Source: Chiloscyllium plagiosum (Eukaryota). From it: 64,000 bases of DNA. The notes below the pieces were generated by a model. That model searched no databases, was not told where the DNA came from, and worked only from the letters and a program-made list of their open reading frames with translations. The stretch's first letter is position 1, and every line of letters begins with the position of its first letter. Of the stretch, positions 61,526 to 64,000 are shown piece after piece. The position numbers and the translations under genes are program-made. The stretch spans positions 89,341,645 to 89,405,644 of the forward strand of contig NC_057718.1 of NCBI RefSeq assembly GCF_004010195.1, written 5' to 3'.

Positions 61526-62652
61526 ATTTCCTCTTTTGTCTTCATGCCATAACAACAATTTTCCCCGTCCAATCACTCCCTCCTCCTACAGTAACACCAT
61601 TGTTCTGCCTTTCCTCCAGTGTTCCTCATGCTCAGGAAGCAACGCTGCTGGATGGTGTTGTGGTGATAGTGTCACTGACCTGGTCATCCTGAGGCTCACA
61701 TCTCACAGCAGCTGATGGGATTTACATTCTGTTAGTTATTGGGAATGAAGTGATCATCTCAGTGACGATGACCAAACCTCACGTGGTTTACCAATGCTCT
61801 TTTGGGAAGACAATCGCACTTTTGTTTGGTCTGGCTCACATGTGACTCCAGACCTGCCTGCACTACCGTTAACTTGGTCTTAATATCCTCCTAAAATGGC
61901 ATAGCAAACCACGCTGTTGTACCGAAGCACTGCAAATGTCTTTCTAGTCGCATTCACCTTTCTATGTGCAGACATCAGGCTGATATACCAGTTTGGGGGA
62001 GTGCCACATTGTCAAAGGTATTGCAGTTCAGTCGAGACATTAAACCAAAGTCCCTCTGCCTGCTCCATTTTCGTTCTTTCACGGGAGGTGGGCCAGTGTT
62101 TGTGCCCATCCCTTACTACCCTTGTGGAGGGGCTGTGAAGCCAGTTCCTTGAGTGGTTGCCATGGTTTCATTTCCATGGTGTGTAGCTGCTTAAGCCTTT
62201 TCAGGGGACAGTGAAGAGTCAATCACATATTTATCAGTCAGTAAGGGTGGCAGATTTCCTTCCCAAAGAGCATCAGTGAATCTGTTAGCCAACAACTGAA
62301 GATAGTTTCAACACACCATCATCGTTTCAATTCTAACTGAACCTCTAAAAGGTAATTCAATTTAAATTCCACCAGCGACTGTGGATTTTGAACCCATCCT
62401 CCATTTATTTAGGCCTCTGGATTACAAACACACTAAACTACCATTGCCCTGAATGTAAAAGAGCCCATGGGATTAGTTAAAGAAGAACAGTGGTGTTCTC
62501 CCCAGTGATCTACGCAACATCACTGAAACACATTAGCTGGCCATTCACCTCATATGAAATTTGGATTCCAACATTAAAATAGGGACTACACTTCAAACGT
62601 ACTTCATAAATAACGTATGAGTGGCACTTGGGACACTAGAAGAATTAGAACA

Positions 62653-63025
62653 AGAATCCCTACCATGTAGAAACAGGCCCTTTGGTCCAAAAGTCCACAC
62701 TGAACCTCCAAACAGTAACCACCCAGACCCACCCCCCATCCTGACTAATGTGCCTAACCTACGCATCCCTGGACACTACGGACAATTTAGCACGGCCAAT
62801 TCACCTAACCTACACATACCTGAACACTATGGGCAACTTAGCATGGCCAATTCACCTGACCTGCAGATCTCTGGACTGTGGGAGGAAACCAGACCACCCA
62901 CAGGAAACCCACGCAGAACCCTGAGAACATGCAAACTCCACAATCAGTCACCTGAGGCTGGAATTGAACCCGGGTCCCTGGCGCTGTGAGGCAGCAGTGC
63001 TAACCACTGAGCCACCGTGCCGCCA
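62653..63025 (-). mobile_element. HE1-like V-SINE with an internal 51-bp tandem duplication
   Basis: Duplicated units at 62753-62803 and 62804-62854. Confidence 0.85.
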
Positions 63026-63139
63026 CATCTTGGGGCTGTGCAAATTTCAACACATTTTAAATAAAATAAATTGCATTTAATGTTGAAAAATACTACCCTT
63101 CATCATCACCATTTGTCCAGTTAATAATCCCCCTCACCA

Positions 63140-63435
63140 TACAGAATCATAGAATCCTTACCGTAGGAAAGCAGGCCCTTCGGTCCATCAAGTCTGCACC
63201 GACTCTCCGAAGACCATCTGACCAGACACACACCCCTACCACATCCCTGTAACCCTGCATTTCCCATGGCTAATGCACCTAATCTACACAACCCTGAACA
63301 CTATGGACAAGTTTGCAATAGCCAATCCACTCAACCTGCACATCTTTGGACTGTGTGAGGAAACATACCCAGACATAAGTAGAACGTGGAAACTCCACAC
63401 AAACAGACAGTCGCCCAAGGCTGGAATCGAAACCT
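63140..63435 (-). mobile_element. HE1-like V-SINE, head truncated
   Basis: V-domain and tail. Confidence 0.8.
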
Positions 63436-64000
63436 ACGAGAAAATTTCAAAATCCTTCTAACTCTATCATGGAGCTTTCATTACAGCTTCTCCTCTTATG
63501 GCAGCCATGTTAATATGTTCTCTGCAGCACCCATACTATCTGGGCCTGTGTGCCCTTGTGCTCCTGCTGCATTACAGCAAGGCTTCGGGGCTCCAGAGTA
63601 CTTGGGGGAAGTATGAATGAGCACTCCCAGATTGGTTGGGTGCAAGAGCTCCAATCGTATAGCACAGATCTAACTGGCTGAGGGGCCTCCTCAGCATGGT
63701 TGCCATGGTAGCCATGCTACACTCCAAGTGCTCAAATCCCACCGTGGTAATTGGAGAATTTGACTTCGGTTTTAAAAAGAATAATAATCTGCTGTCAGTA
63801 AAAGTGACCATAAAGATATTGGCGGTAGATTCACAACTAGAATGCTGTTACCCTTTAAAGAAGGAAGCCGTTTATCATTACCAGACACAGGCTGGATGCA
63901 GCTCTTTCAGAATTAACAAAACCACTGTCAGTGGTGAAAGAAAGTCTGTTGCCTTCCCGGGGCAACAATAAGTACCTACCCTCACTAACGATGCCCCATC

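Noticed and set aside
61105..61715. His/Thr/Cys-rich ORFs
   Set aside because: Translation of a CA-rich simple repeat
1915..63025. tRNA genes suggested by A and B boxes
   Set aside because: These are tRNA-derived SINE heads that continue into the V-domain; no complete cloverleaf
63978..64000. Possible further SYNE1 exon end (gtaggt donor-like site on minus strand)
   Set aside because: Only about 21 nt are visible and the translation does not match recalled nesprin-1 sequence

Overview
Vertebrate (eukaryotic) genomic DNA, most likely a cartilaginous fish (shark), judged from abundant HE1-like V-SINEs and HER1/CR1-type LINEs. The window lies inside one large minus-strand gene. I trace 25 coding exons (4,096 nt, about 1,365 codons, all GT-AG) of the spectrin-repeat rod of SYNE1 (nesprin-1), from 60930 down to 756. 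Splice phases chain correctly except at one junction, where an exon appears to be missing and probably lies in the 500-N gap at 52441-52940. Introns hold CR1 fragments, about 18 HE1-like SINEs, other SINEs, a solo LTR with a 4-bp TSD, an L1-like 3' insert and four minisatellites (39, 18, 34 and 28 bp units). The most notable non-coding signal is about 15 short, mostly palindromic Penelope-derived inserts from four families. Several have 10-15 bp target-site duplications, and their symmetry centres sit next to minimal hammerhead ribozyme cores (CUGANGA...GAAA). Nearly all ORF-track entries outside the exons and retroelement fragments are spurious. No prokaryotic system or CRISPR is present. Family names and the SYNE1 call come from recalled sequence similarity, not database searches; repeat boundaries are approximate.
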